Source of the DNA: Azolla caroliniana | Lineage: Eukaryota > Plantae > Polypodiophyta | DNA: 64,000 bases | Direction of reading: 5' to 3' | NCBI GenBank assembly: GCA_043228905.1 | Contig: JBHGNT010000003.1 | Coordinates: forward strand, 18,848,001 to 18,912,000 | Shown: positions 12,401 through 26,500 of the stretch, in pieces | Layout of the letters: each line of letters opens with the position of its first letter | Position numbering within the stretch: position 1 is the first letter of the stretch | Translations under genes and position numbers: made by a program | Notes under the pieces: generated by a model | What the model was told of the DNA's origin: nothing | The model's input: only the letters and a program-made list of their open reading frames with translations | Databases searched by the model: none

Positions 12401-13695
12401 TAGTTTCCCAAACGATAATGCAGCTTGACTGTTTGTTTCAAGGCCTTAAAACCCCTACATGGAAAAGAAGTGAAAATAGCTCTAATTGAATTTGTTTTCC
12501 TATAAGCAAATAACAAAAACAAAATATTTCATTACAAGAAACCTTTTTACATACCATTCACCTTTTTCTCCTTCCATCTTGACAACCTCAGCAAAACCAA
12601 CCAGCGCACCTTTGGGATCTGACTCCACTAACCCTGCGTTTCAGGTCCATATAAGACTCAGTTACTTTTGGCAAAACATAAGTGGATCACGCCCTAGTAC
12701 ATGCATTTCCTTTTTCATACATCCTGAATATGGTTGACAAGTGAACAACGTTCAAAAACTAAATAATCTGCTCAAAAGTTTTTCATACATACCCTTGGAA
12801 TTGTAATATTGGTTTTCTATGTCTACATCCTGCTCTTCTGGCTCTTCTTCAGAATACTCAAATCCATAATCTTCCATATCTGCATCTGATAAAAGTCAGG
12901 GGTTAGCATATTTTATTCAAGAGCGACCAAAACCCGCATAAGGAATTTGAACTAAGTTATATGCTAAGTATAATCAAAACCGTTCATATTATGATGTGCA
13001 ACATCAAGGTATCATGTTACACCAAGATCAATCTTGCTTGATACAACTACACATTCCCATAGTGTTTATACGTCATCTATGCATAATCTACAGAAATAAA
13101 GCACAAAAAGTGTTGACAAGCTACAACAAGGTATTATTTTATATCCAGATATATCTTGATCATACATCTAGACATCTTACCATATTGGATGGGACAAAAA
13201 TATCAAAATGCCATTTGATATCAAGATTCAGATGTAAATCATACGGATTAGGATAATGCAATGGATAGGAAAAGAAAAAGAAACACTGTACAGTGTAAGA
13301 ATGATGCAGAACTAAGCAACCAAGTTACATCCAAATAGACATATCCTCATCAAATATCTCGACAAAAAAGACGTCTGTACGGGGGAAGACATCAAAATGC
13401 CATAAAAGATATGAATATCATACATCTATATGTAGCAAAACAAAAGAAAATAAGCAAGATTCGGTATTGTATGCAGAAGTATCCCGATCACATGCATCTA
13501 GAAATCCTCATAGACTGCAGCTAAGGAGACGGAAAAACGAAAACGACAGTTTCCATATGCACGGAAAGGTCATCATTGGGTTTACAGAGAGACTAAAGAT
13601 CTGAGGTTTGAAAACTAGAGGAGATAAAGTTCACGGAGAAAAATTTCCTGGTAGTGAGAGGGTAAATAAAATCGAGGGGACATACCTGAGGCCAT
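9476..13695 (-). CDS. CSN2: COP9 signalosome complex subunit 2, 12 coding exons
   Basis: Spliced translation [35 protein letters not shown]...[11 protein letters not shown]...[25 protein letters not shown]...[18 protein letters not shown]...[17 protein letters not shown]...[22 protein letters not shown] exons at ~13695-13686, 12885-12793, 12633-12554, 12455-12214, 12140-12065, 11985-11850, 11605-11417, 11315-11246, 10246-10156, 10003-9869, 9790-9678, 9567-9476. Confidence 0.96.
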
Positions 13696-13779
13696 GGCTT
13701 CTCTTCTGAGCGCGAAGAGGAAGAAACAGGATGAGAAACAGGATGCTGTTCAGGATCAGGAATGCGCGCTCTTCTACTC

Positions 13780-13912
13780 GATCCTCCTCCTCTTCTTCTT
13801 CTTCTTCTTCTTGTCGCAGACCTCCTCGTTCTTCTCTTCCTCTTTTTCTTCTTCTTCTTCTTCTTCTTCTGCAGCTGCTGCTGTTCTTTTGTGTCTTCTT
13901 CTTCTTCTTCCT
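13780..13912 (-). repeat. (GAA)n-rich tract in or near the CSN2 5' UTR
   Basis: Runs of CTT on the plus strand just upstream of the CSN2 ATG. Confidence 0.85.
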
Positions 13913-14044
13913 GATTCCTGTGGAAGGAATAAATTTGTAATTTCTTGGAAAATTGCAGGTTTCGTTCAATTATCATAATACCCTTCCCCAACACTTGATT
14001 TTCATAATTACAAAAAACCCTACCCCTCCCCAACCCTCACCCTA

Positions 14045-14160
14045 CACATACATACATTACATACATACATTACATACATACATGGTACATACATACATGG
14101 TACATACATACATGGTACATACATGCACACATACTTACTTACTTACTTATGTACTTACAT
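14045..14160. repeat. (TACA)n / CATACATGGTA simple repeat
   Basis: Directly visible tetranucleotide and 15-bp periodicity. Confidence 0.85.
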
Positions 14161-15987
14161 TGGAAGACATTTTGTAATCTTGTTGCAATAAATAAGTGGG
14201 ATTTTGTGGCTTTCTTGATCCAAAGCCTGGCTTACCCTCATCATATACATACATCATAATTTGCACAAATCTTACCTGTCTCCGAAACTAATGCCCTTTT
14301 TGCTGGACCCATTGGTATCGGCTTCCTTCAACTAATGCGAGACCCATTGGTATCGCTAGCCGGCCCCCATAAATCTTGCCTTCTAAGAAAATTGCTAAGC
14401 CTAATTGGATTGCAACAATCTTTGCATTATGCGTTATGCTTCGCAATTGCAACCATCCTCGCATTATGCTTCGCAATTTACCCTTTTTGAAGTATCACTA
14501 TTAGTCCAACACGGGTTTGTTCATGTATATGCCCTTTTTTAAAGCATCAGTATTAGTCTAGCTAAATGATTTTAGGGCTTTCTCTTCTTTTAGGCATCAT
14601 TGATTAGCTTTCATCGATTTAAGATGGCACAACTTCAAACGAGTAGTGGATTAGATTTCAAAAGAAAGTAGATCTTCTAGTCCTAAGATTAAGCAAAAGC
14701 TTTGTGTTTTAGTCCCACGTGATGCCTCTCGCATTTTTAGCAAAAAGTCTTGTTGGATGGAGCATTTGGACTTCCACACTTTTGGCCTCAATGCCCTCGT
14801 CATAATAGTTTGTCTCAATATAGAGAATGACAAATGAGAGAATTAAGATGTTTATCGACCCAATCACGATCAATGAGTACTTACTCTATCACATATAGTA
14901 GATGGACTAATTGCAAAATGAGGGTTCCCAAAACTAATATGGTGGGAAGAAAAACAAGCAAAATGTTGTTCTGATGATGCAATTACCCCACACATCAAGA
15001 TTTGTGTGCTTTCAGTTGCTATTATTTATGCAACCTCTCCAAAAGACCTCATTTAGAAAAGGGCTATATGATACTCGTAGAATCTATCTTCAATTGCGAG
15101 GACTAGTTTATGTAGTGAATATAATAGCTTTGATATGCTGTTTTTACCCATTGATAGTTTGCATTTATTGGACGAATTCAGAAGTATGTGTTTAATGTAC
15201 AAATTTACAAGTTTGCACTTACCAGCAATTATTCGCCAAACATCGAGAAATTTAATGTTGCATCTCCTCTCTTCTACATTCCCTCTCCCCCACTTTGTCA
15301 ATGGTCATCAAGCTTCTCATCCATGGCTTAGGGCTACCAAATAGCTGACCACCTTGGAGAATGGGGGAAACGGGCAATGGAGTGTTATAATACAAATCCA
15401 TTGAAGTGTTATAATACAAATACAAGGTACAGCGCAATTACTAACACCAACGTTTCGTAATCAAGAAAAATGATGCACCAGCATTTGCCATCACCAACAT
15501 TTTGTATGCCAAAACACAAGTTGAACCAAAAATACTTGTGTTTGTAAGAGAGCAATCTGGTCCTCGCAGGAAGCACTGAAGTCCAAATTGGATCAGACTA
15601 AGCAAGCATATATTCTTAGATCTAAATTCACAATGACAGATATGGGATTATTGCACTTCTTTCTACGCGCGAGGCGTATTCAAGGGACAAGGAAATATTT
15701 GCAACTTACACTGAAAATGATAAAAGAGGGGTAAAACATATTCACACCATACATATATGCCCACTAGAAAACGATGATGATCATCATGCATCATTGCAGA
15801 TAGAAAATGTGATTTTATACAGGCGATATGTACACTTTCCCCTTTACATTTTATTTTGGATGTGTTTTTCTTTACTCTGATATAGTGATCATATTTTATC
15901 ACTTAAAAGGCATTCGCTGGATGTGATTTGATTGGACTCTCTTTATTTCTCTGATAATAGTGTGGGTTCTCCTTTAATTTTTATAAT

Positions 15988-18900
15988 CTATACATCCTCT
16001 CTCATTGGAGAACTACTCTTGGAAACATTGTACTTGCAAAGAGGGCATGTGGAATTCATCTTGAGCCATTGATCAACACAAGCACAGTGAAAATGATGGC
16101 CACATGGGAGCCCCCGGAGTTCAACGCCATCTTCATATGATAAAAGACAAATGCAACATTCCTGCAAGAAGTATTGTATATGTTAAATTAGAACTTATAC
16201 CTCTATAAGAACTAAACCAGAAATCAACACGGCTTGGTTTGTTAAGAGACAATCGCAACACTATGCATATCCCTCTACCAAATCAAACATGGTGTAGAAC
16301 ATTTCATGTTATACCACGTATCAAACATACATAGACACAATAATCACACTGATATGTTTACTGATTTGTCCCACTATCATCGCATTAGTGTATCTACCAA
16401 TTGTGATAATCTTTCACAATGGCTCTACTCACAAACCTCAAACTCTATATTATGTGATCAAGAATAAATTACTTTTTTCCTTTAAATTGCTAATGGGCAT
16501 AATTTAAAATTGTCTTAAAGCTAGAAAGGGGGCCTTCCATATATCATCAAAATGTGATAGCCATTGTTCGAAATTTTAACAAAAAGTAAATCAAGAGAAT
16601 GAGGTCTTACTGCATCTTCAGTGGACAGGGCTCGCTCTACAATTGCTCCTCCGGAAGCAGTAGAAACAATCATCATAACACCATTTGATGGAACAACCAA
16701 ATCTCCACCTGTCTTTGTAACGCTTTCACATCGAAATTTGTATTTTGGCAATACACTAATTTCTTCTTCCGATGCACCTTTCTGTAAAGAACAAAACCTC
16801 CAAGTTGAACTATTTATTCCTTCATTGGAAATTTGCCAAAGACTATTGAGTTAATCACACAAATTTTTTTCTTGACTACGTTAGAAGATTGACCACAAGC
16901 CATTCGCTGTTTTTGACAGAATGACGCTTAACTTTCAAGTGGGACAAAACTTCCCATAAGGAAAATATCAAGAAATTCAGATATTTTTTCTGTGTAAATG
17001 GGTTTTTCTGCTGAAACCCAAAAGGATTTGTTATGCTTAGTCTCTCCAGACGATTGTAAGTATATACACATGCTTCTATTTTGCTAGGCACCTATTTTTT
17101 ATGATTTTGACAGGGGTTCTAGCATTATTTCCTTCAACAAGGTTTTTTTGGCACAAGACATGGTGGCCACTAGTTCATCATGTCTTTTGTTTTCTTTGCT
17201 TTACTTTGCTAGTTAAGAGTTTATTGCATAATAGGGTAAAAACTTTTAAGGCCTTTCTTCTATTTGTATTCTTCTTTTAGATTCAAAAAGAGGGTTGTAT
17301 CTTTAAAACTGTGCTAAAAAATACAAATGTAGAGAGGGTGTGTAATCCAGTGTTGGGAGGGAAGAAAAGTACTCCTAGCCTTTTTGCATTTCTCAATTAC
17401 ATATTAAGTGATATAAAAAACTTATTATTACCTGATGGGCAAATGCGCAAATGTGAACATAATCGCACTCGATAACATGCAATGGATTTTACATCCATTT
17501 ATTAGCTCATGGACACCTGCCTAAACAGCCACTATAAGGCTATGGTTGGGAGCTACAACTAGGGCCAATCAGTATTATTATAGCCTATTATGCTCTCTAT
17601 CTCTCTCACTTCTTGGTTCATACCAATTACATATAGATGCTCATTACACACTCCAGTAGCAAGGGCATGCATACTGTAATCAGTTGGTTGGATGGAGAGT
17701 CCATCTAGCCGGTTTCACAAAACATTTTCGTCGTTACTTGTTAATTGAGTTTAATTATCCTTAGATGTATGGGGCCCACAGAAATGAGAGTGTGAACATT
17801 ATTATTGCATCTCATTACGGCATTTTTGCTCTGTCCTTGTCTCTCTTAAGATTTGACATAGTGGTATGGAGCTCTTTCATCAATTTCATGCCTCAAGATA
17901 TGTTGTCAATGCAATTGACATGAGATTATCTGAAAAGCCATTTGAAAAGTCACTTGTTATCTCAAAGATCTTTCTAAATGCTGAACGCCATCCAAAACTC
18001 TCCATTTTAATCCAAAAGAGCTACCACACGAATGTTCGAAACTTTCAATGAGAAAGAATTAAAATCTTATCTGTGAAATTCCATTGTCATAGTTTTCCTT
18101 TTTATAAACTTCTCATTTCTTCTATGCTGTCTTTGGTTGAAAGCTACAGCACATGTTTGAAACATCAGATGAGAAAGAATTAAAATCTTATCTATGAAAT
18201 CCCAGTCTCATAATTTCCTTTTTCTAAACTTCTTTCTTCTACACTGTCTTCAGTTGCCATAAGCAACTGACAGCAACACAATACAAATTAGTATATAATG
18301 CTGAATTCAACATCCATACTTTTACCAATTGAAATTATGCTTTTACCAATTGAGATTATGCTTTTTATCCGCTTGAAATTTATGAAAGAAGGAGAAATGG
18401 TCTTACCTGTTCAGCTACAGCATACATTATAGCAATGATACAAGGTAAACAGCAACAAACTGCCATACCAATTATACACACCAACAATATGCAAGAGACC
18501 ACGAAGAAAACGTCAAATGTCAAAAACGCCACACACAGCCTGTACAAGCCATTGAGATAGTTGGTTATAGGAAAGATAAGCATACCGAATAAGGAAAAAA
18601 ACACAACCAAAATACCATTAACTCATTGGATATTTATCTGGATAACCATACGTTTCCAAAATTACCAGAATGCTTGTGTAGTACAAAACATTCATTACTA
18701 CAAAGGGGTTTTCCGTAGCTAGGGGTATTCTGGTACAATATCCAAGAAGTTGAGGGGGTTTTCAATTTTTGCCCAGAAAAATAATAGATATATTCTGTGT
18801 TTAGTGGTTCACAATTAGCTTACCAAAACAAGAGAGGTGCACTCTCAGATTGGCTTCCTGTGGTCGTCCAATAGAAACCAAGCACCCACCAAACAAAAGA

Positions 18901-20227
18901 GAATGATGTGTTCACTGATTCAATTCGCTTAGCAATACTGTTACGCCATTCAACTTGTTATATGAGGATTAAATCTATGTAATGAAAAAAAAAGCTGCAC
19001 AATTCTAGATTAAAAAATCTAGCTTATCAATAAAGAAAACATCATAATAATACAGAAATGGAAGAAACAATTAAAACTAATAATATTACGTTTATTATTT
19101 GGAAGGATAATGCATCCTACAGTTTTATAAAAGCATTGGCAAGATTCTGAGCTTCGTGTAGAGTTTGGGATCTCATATGGAGATGCATTACATCTTATAT
19201 AGTAAACATGTTATCAAATGCATGATCACTATAGTTGCTTCTATTCTAGACAGCTTCCCTCTATTGGTACTACTTGTATAAAATTATCATAAATATGCTT
19301 TAGCTGGATTGTCAAGATTCCTAACTTATAGAGTTTTGCATTTCATGTGTAGACATATAATTTGTGAAAAAAATATGATATGGAGTTTCGCATCTTATTC
19401 GATGTATAATGTGTGCACAGTGAAATAATATACAACAAAGTTGAACAGTTACCACTCATATACAAATACTAGAGAGCCATTGTATCGCATGTTATGACAG
19501 TGAATAATTAAATGCATTAGCACTCATATATAAAGAGCTGATAGTCCTTGTACCTCACATGTTGCGAAAATGAATCATTGAATGCTTGTTCATGTCCGCC
19601 TCTATTATGATCACCTCCTGCTAATTCTTGCTCGAAGTAAGAAATCGAAGATTGCATGATATCGCCACTAGCTCTAATACTTGGACTAGTACTCTCCCTG
19701 ATGCTAGGGCTAGGGCTAGGGCTTATATGCCAACCAATTCTTTGGTAAAGGCTCCTTTGGCCACGGCGAAACTCAAACCAAACACATGATATATGAACAC
19801 CGCATTGTGTAATATAGCCCATTACCCATATCCTCAAAGGATTAATGGGGCTTTCTTTCATGCTTAGAATGAGCACAGACATGCCTATGAGAATGAATGA
19901 GAAGTTCCATAAAAGGTCTAGAATTACGACTGGCCTCGAATGCACCCATTCATTTTGTTGTTCTTCGATTTGCTCGGCTGCGGTTTCTCTTACCATAACA
20001 GAGGGCTCTCGCATTAATCTTCGATGACTTCTTCTTCTAAGAAATCTCAGAGCTCTAGAAAGCCTCCCTCTTCTAGTTACGGATGATGACGATGACGATG
20101 ATAATTCTTCCGTTAATAAAGGGCCAGAGTCATTTGTTATCACGGATTCTTCTTTTCCTCCTCCTCCTCCTTCTTCTTCCATATTTGTCGAAGACGAAAT
20201 GGCGTGTTCTTGTTCAGAGCTCCGCAT
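15988..20227 (-). CDS. Multi-TM RING-H2 E3 ubiquitin ligase (At4g11680/At1g12760-like family), 5 exons
   Basis: [18 protein letters not shown]...[47 protein letters not shown], and C-terminal [42 protein letters not shown]. Exons ~20227-19554, 18938-18823, 18539-18407, 16782-16610, 16161-15988. Confidence 0.93.
18048..18250. repeat. Intronic ~121-bp imperfect tandem duplication
   Basis: ATGAGAAAGAATTAAAATCTTATCT(G/A)TGAAAT occurs at ~18048 and ~18169. Confidence 0.8.
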
Positions 20228-20259
20228 AACTGTTAGAGTGAATCGGTTTCTTTGGCTTA

Positions 20260-20400
20260 TATGGAAACCCTAATTATGTATTTGTTCACCTGAAAAGGAA
20301 ACCCTAAATATGTAGCTATGTTTTGCTTATTTACCTAATATGGAAACCCTAAGTATGTATGTAGCTATGTTCCTTCTTGTTTGCCTGACATGGAAGATCT
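20260..20400. promoter_or_regulatory. Cluster of telo-box (AAACCCTAA) motifs in ~40-bp repeats upstream of the RING ligase ATG
   Basis: AAACCCTAA at 20265, 20299 and 20344, with more degenerate copies up to ~20740. Function is inferred only. Confidence 0.45.
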
Positions 20401-20769
20401 AACCCCAGCTATTGTGCAAGCCCTAATCTAATCCCAACCCTAACTGGCTAATACAAACCCCTGATTAGGTATGGAATCAGCTTTCTTTGATCGGATTTAA
20501 GAAATCCACTCGACATGGAGGCCCTAATTTAGCTATTGGCTCTGTTTCTTGAATCGAGCTGGGAAAGATTTTCACCTGATAGGGTATAACCCCTGACCCA
20601 AGCAAGTGTGGGAGCTAGCTGAGTTAGCTATATATCTTCTCAAAGAGAAAGTGCCTAGGTTTGGGTTCATCTGAGAACCCCTAAATTTGGCAATGGCTTC
20701 ATTTGCTGCTTGCCTAGGGGGGGAGAAAACCTAACCCTAATTCACTGAAAATGGAAACTCTTGATTAGG

Positions 20770-21023
20770 GTTGGATGGCCGTGGACAGTGATCGGGATGG
20801 ATGGCCGTGGACACACACCCACCCACCCACGAGAAGTTGGGTTCGTGTGGTACACAAAGCTTATGGGCACCATAGGGTCCATGAAAATGGCCGACACCAA
20901 ACGCACGCATGAGAAGTTGGGTTCCTATGGTACATAAAGCTAGGCTTATGGACACCATGGGGTCCACGAACATGGCTGACACCACCACTTAACATATGTA
21001 CATATAGTGATCGGGATGGGCAT

Positions 21024-21054
<31 letters not shown>

Positions 21055-21135
21055 AGAAGTTGGGTTCCTATGGTACAAAGCTTTATGGGCACCATGGGGT
21101 TCACGAAAATGGTTGGCACCACCACTTAACATACT
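20770..21135. repeat. Imperfect direct repeats (3 copies of an ~80-bp unit) with a (CA)n tract
   Basis: AGAAGTTGGGTTC...TGGTAC..AAAGC..TTATGG.CACCAT.GGGT.CA.GAA.ATGG at ~20832, 20912 and 21055. Confidence 0.8.
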
Positions 21136-22270
21136 TGGTCAAGGATTACATATGGAGACTTGTTCGTCTCATGTATGTTTTCTGGTCCTACGTTCCTTTT
21201 CTCTTGTCGCAAAGATCCCCCCATGGAACCAAAACAAAAATCCATTAATGATCTTCTCCACCCACGTGGGACGACTGCCTAATCAGATCCACGTCGTCGA
21301 TGTGATGCAACAATTGGACCAGTTTCACTCGATTGTATAGAAAAGAAAGTTCATCCTCTTCAACGTGATTGACTAATTCTAGGATTCGTATTTCATTGTT
21401 ATACCTAACTTTGATACTTTTTCATTTAAGTCATCCTCATGTTGCTTCACTGATTGACTTGACTTTTGTTTTGCTAGTGTGCTCGAATTTCCTCTATGAC
21501 TAGTTCAATCTTTGAATGCATTGCTAAATCTTTTCTTTGGGGTATTTTTTTTAAAGTGATCAAAAGACTACCTCTTCATTTATGGCATTTGTTGAGTGAC
21601 TCGTTGACATTTCAATTTGGTGTTTCCCATAAGTGTCGACAAAGTCTTACTCTAGGCCATTCATGATCTCCTACTAGTCGAATCAATTGTTGTGATCATC
21701 TTCCCCATCAATTCACAAAGACTCGTTGTGAGGTTATTTATTATTGATTAACCCAATATATTTCGTTGTGTAAACAATCAATCCATCACGAGAGTTTATG
21801 GACAATTCATATATCACATTATCAACCATTAGTTCAAATGGATTCAATTTGGGAGTTTTTTTGTTATTTATTGTTTATTTTGAGAATTATTTTGTAATGC
21901 AAACACATCTCTCGACTAGGTGAGACTTTAGGCGTAGCAAACCATTTGGATATTTGTAACCAACAATCAATTCATCACGATTAAGTTTAATGCTCTTAAT
22001 TATTTGATCTCATCATTACTCAAGCTATTTTGTGATATAAAGCAAATCCTTAGTTGGTTGGGTGTTTGAATGTTAATTCAATGTATGTGGTTCCGTGATG
22101 ATGTCACCATATGTATGTCCTAGAGTGTGGCAAATATAAGTCTCCTTTGGATTTGGTGTACAAATTGAAAAAACATATGTTTATGGCAACATTTAAAATG
22201 TTTTAGGTTATAAGATTTGAGGTATTTGGTTTTAGGTTGCACTTATATCATATTCAAATCTATTTCAAAC

Positions 22271-22416
22271 CATATGATCTCTCTCTCTTGCTCCTCTCTC
22301 TCTCTCTCTCTCTATTTGTCATTATGCTTTTGCTATATGCACATGATGTAGTGCTTTTTGCAAATACTTTAGGAGATGCACAAAAGCTTATGAAGGCCAT
22401 GTGATCTCTCTCTCTT
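22271..22416 (+). repeat. Isolated ~95-bp LINE RT fragment bounded by (CT)n
   Basis: TATTTGTCATTATGCTTTTGCTATATGCACATGATGTAGTGCTTTTTGCAAATACTTTAGGAGATGCACAAAAGCTTATGAAGGCCAT matches 32400-32480 and 33702-33795. Confidence 0.9.
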
Positions 22417-23553
22417 TTCGTAAATAATGGCTTTCATTACAAAAGAAAAAAACACCACCATGACTAACTTACTACAAAGTATAGAACCCTTCTATTAAGG
22501 GATCTAAAGAATACTATGACACCAAACTCAATGCCACCCTACACACCAATTCAAATGGCGAGTATGATGATACGTGACCTTGCAGAGTTCTCTCTCTTCC
22601 TGGTTGAGATTTCGTGACTTCTCTAGCACTGTCAATTGCCACAAAAGAAGTCCTTTTAACTTTAGAACATATTTTCTCACCCCAACTTGCGAATAAAAAT
22701 GAAGGCATTCCGCATATTCCAATGGAACCATAGCCCCCAATACCTCAAGAACTCAAAAATAATTTGAAAATGAGGCATTAGTTCATTGTTCTCCATATGT
22801 GCAAAAACCCAACTAAAGGAAGATAGACTTTACTCCTGTTAGAGACATCCACACTAAACTGATATACCTCCAAACCATCCTTGCCATCGGGCATGAAATA
22901 AATTGATGCCTACTATGTTCCAATTCCACCGAACAAAAGAAACACAACCCTTTAGTAATGTTTCTTTTTTTTAATGAATCCCCTAATGGTAAAGCTCCAA
23001 CCGTAACTCTCCAAATAAATACCTTGGCTCATAACATTAATCGAGAACACCAACCTGCCTTGATCACATGAAACCACCAAGTAATGGGCTTATGAAAACC
23101 CCATATCTTTATAACCCTTTCTTCCAACCACTTATGTTTGTCAATAAACTTGTGATAAGCAACATTCGTTGAGATCATAGTCAATCTCTTATTTCCAACA
23201 AACCTCCAATCAAGCTCTTGAGATCGCCCATCTAAATTAGGAATTGGCTCATGCGAAGATAGTATTTGTTGCAACTTATCCCAAATAAAGTTATAACCTT
23301 TTGGAATACGAAATGTTTACCTTATTGTTCGAAAAGCCATTAATCTTCTTTGTGAAACCAACATAGCATCCTTAATTGTTACCAAACCCGATTAAATTGA
23401 AGGTTAAGAATTTGTTTACCTTCCCACCTCAACAACCTTGATGTTGCCAAAACCTCCATTTGTAATGAATTGGCACATCCCCTTTCTTGTATCTAGCCAT
23501 CCAATTAAATTGAAGGTTAAGAATTTGTTTACCTTCCCACCTCAACAACCTTG

Positions 23554-26500
23554 TGTTGGAAGCAATGTCGTCAGTGCGGAAGATCAAGAAGCATTCGATT
23601 CCTGTTTATTCCCTGCGTATGACAGAATGTAGGTCGTTGCACAGAGAGAGAGAGAGAGAGAGGCACAAAAGATAACTCTTTGTATTGCATAAACAAGAAT
23701 ACAACAACCAACCTTACAAAAAGGTTACAAGGTCACTATATATAGTGACCGACTTAGGGCAACTACCCTTTATGCTAATTACATAAATGGCCAAAACGGG
23801 ATAATGTGAATACGTCCATTATACACATGTATTCGACACTCCCCCGTAATGGGCGTATACATGGGTTATCTAAGATTACAGGTATAGACTTAGGTTCTCG
23901 GACATATCAGCTTTGTTCGAGTCGGCAGGGTCCGAAGGCAGAAGACCGAACTGGTCGGGTCGGAACAGTTGAAGCCGATCATTAAGGAACTGATGTTGGT
24001 TGTCGGGAACCATCCTGCTCTGTGTCCGGCTCTAACCGGACTGGTTTGTCGTTACGCCCATCTGATGCCGAAGAGACCGAAAGCGGTTTGCCGAAAGACA
24101 TTTGGTCATTCCATCTGCGACATTGTCGGTTGTGGATATTTTATCTAGACCGATTTTCCCTGAAATGACGCAGTCCCGAACGAAGTGATATCGAACGTCG
24201 ATATGTTTGGAGGCGTTGTGGTGAACCGGATTTTTCGACAAGGCAACAACACCTTGACTGTCGCTGTAGACAACTGGAGCCGAGTCATGGTCGACTTGTC
24301 GAAACGTGTGCGCCAGCCGACCGAGCCACAAAGCTTCTTTTGCTGCGTCGGACGCAGCTACATATTCTGCTTCGGTCGTTGAGGTCGCTGTGCACTCCTG
24401 AAGTTTCGACTTCCACGAGATTGCTCCATTGCCGAATTTGAAGCAGTATCCGGTTGTTGATTTCCGACTGTCTATACAGCCGGCAAAGTCCGAGTCGGTG
24501 TAACCGACTACGCTTGAGGTTCGGTTCGGACCGAAAAGAATGCCATGGTCTTTTGTGCCAGCCAGATATCTGAACACATGCTTGACTGCGTTCCAATGCG
24601 ATCGGCCAGGGTTGTGCATAAATCTGCTAACGACTCCTACGGCATGAGAGATATCAGGCCGTGTCGCGACCATCAGGTACATAAGGGAGCCGACTGCCGG
24701 TGCATACGGTACCGACTTCATATCTTCCCCCTCCGGACCGGATGTCGGGCAGTCTCGCTGAGAGAGCCGAAGATTCATGGGGAGCGGGGTTGAAGCAGAT
24801 TTGGCTGATTGCATGTTGAAGCGTTCCAAGACACGTCCGATATAGTCGGTCTGAGACAAAAAAAGATGTCGTTCATCGCGATGCCGACTAATCTTCATGC
24901 CGAGTATGTGTCGTGCCGGACCGAGGTCCTTCATGGCAAACTTCAACCGCAGTTGCCGAATGAGATCGGCAAGTTCGCCCGCGTGGCGTCCAGAAATTAG
25001 CATGTCGTCCACGTAAATGATGAGGAAGATGGGTGATCCATCTTGAGCTGTGTTGGTGAAGAGACAATGGTCCTCATCGCTTTTTGAGAAGCCGATCGAT
25101 TGGATGAAGTCGTCGAACTTCTTGTACCATTGTCGCGGTGCCTGTTTGAGGCCGTATAGACTCTTCCTGAGTCGGCAGACTAGATGTTCTTGGCCAGTTG
25201 CCACGAAGCCTTTTGGCTGCTCCATATAAATTTCCTCCTCGAGATCACCATGGAGGAAGGCTGTTTTGACATCTAGCTGAATCAGCTCCAAGTTGTCGGC
25301 TGCCACTATGCCGAGTAGGAAACGAAGGGTTGTCATTTTCACCACTGGTGAAAAAATCTCGTCGAAGTCGACGCCATATTCTTGTCGGAAGCCCTTCGCA
25401 ACTAATCTGGCCTTGTACTTTGGGGTGGTCGAATCAGACGTCTCTTTTAGTCGATAGACCCACTTGCAAGGAAGAGCACGTCGGTTCCTAGGTAATTCGA
25501 CCAGATCCCAAGTCTTGTTTTCCCGAATGGAGTGCATTTCCGACTCCATCGCCAGATGCCAGGTGGCGGAATCGACAGATGTCGATGCTTCTTCGTAAGA
25601 CGTCGGTTCGCCGGCGTCGGTGAAGAAAAGTCCAGGAGAATACCTCTCCGGAGGTTGCGACAGTCTCTCGGATCGTCGAGGCATGATTGGACTGGTCGCA
25701 TCGGGTATCGAGGTCGGATGGTCCGAAACCGAATCATTCGGCTGTGCCGAGTCAGAGTTGTCTGAGTCGGTAGTGTAAGGTTCAGCTACCCGTGAAGCTG
25801 ACCGTGTGTTGAGAGCGGGGCCTTCTTGAAGGGTCGGCACATCGGAAAATGTTACCCTTCGGACTTCGATCGGTTTTTCGACTGTTGGATTCATAGCCGA
25901 CTCATTGAACACAACGTCCGAACTTCGAACGATTTGTCTGCGTTCGGGGTCCCAGAGTCGGTATCCCATTTCGCCGTCGGATCCATATCCAAGGAAAATG
26001 CATTTCCTGGACCGAGGTGCAAGTTTTCGGCGATCATCTTTCGGAATAAGGGCGTACGCCTCGCATCCGAAGATCCTCAGCTTGTCGTAATTCGGCTTAC
26101 TGCCGATCCATAGTTCTTGAGGAATTTGAAGTCCTAGAGGTCTACTTGGCGACATATTGATTATGTGTGCTGCCGTGAGTAGAGCCTCTGCCCAGAAGCC
26201 ATCCGATAGTCCGGAGTGTTGGAGCATGGAAACTATTCGTTCTTGGATTGTCCGATTCATGCGTTCGGCAATCCCGTTTTGCTCCGGACTGTGTGGTGCC
26301 GTAAATTCACGTCGAATGCCGCGTTGTCGGCAGAATTTGACGAATTCTTCGGATTTAAACTCTCCCCCATTGTCTGTCCGAAGGCATTTCAGCTTTCGGT
26401 CGGTTTGATTTTCTACCATAGCGAGCCAATCGGTGAAGATCGAGAAGACACGATCTTTAGTGCGAATTGGATAAGCCCACACCTTTCGAGTCGAATCGTC

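Noticed and set aside
13593-14177. Overlapping Lys/Arg/Glu/Ser-rich ORFs
   Set aside because: They are translations of (GAA)n and (TACA)n tracts in the CSN2 leader and promoter.
9476-20227. Functional cluster of CSN2 and a RING E3 ligase
   Set aside because: RING genes are very numerous, so adjacency alone is no evidence of linked function.
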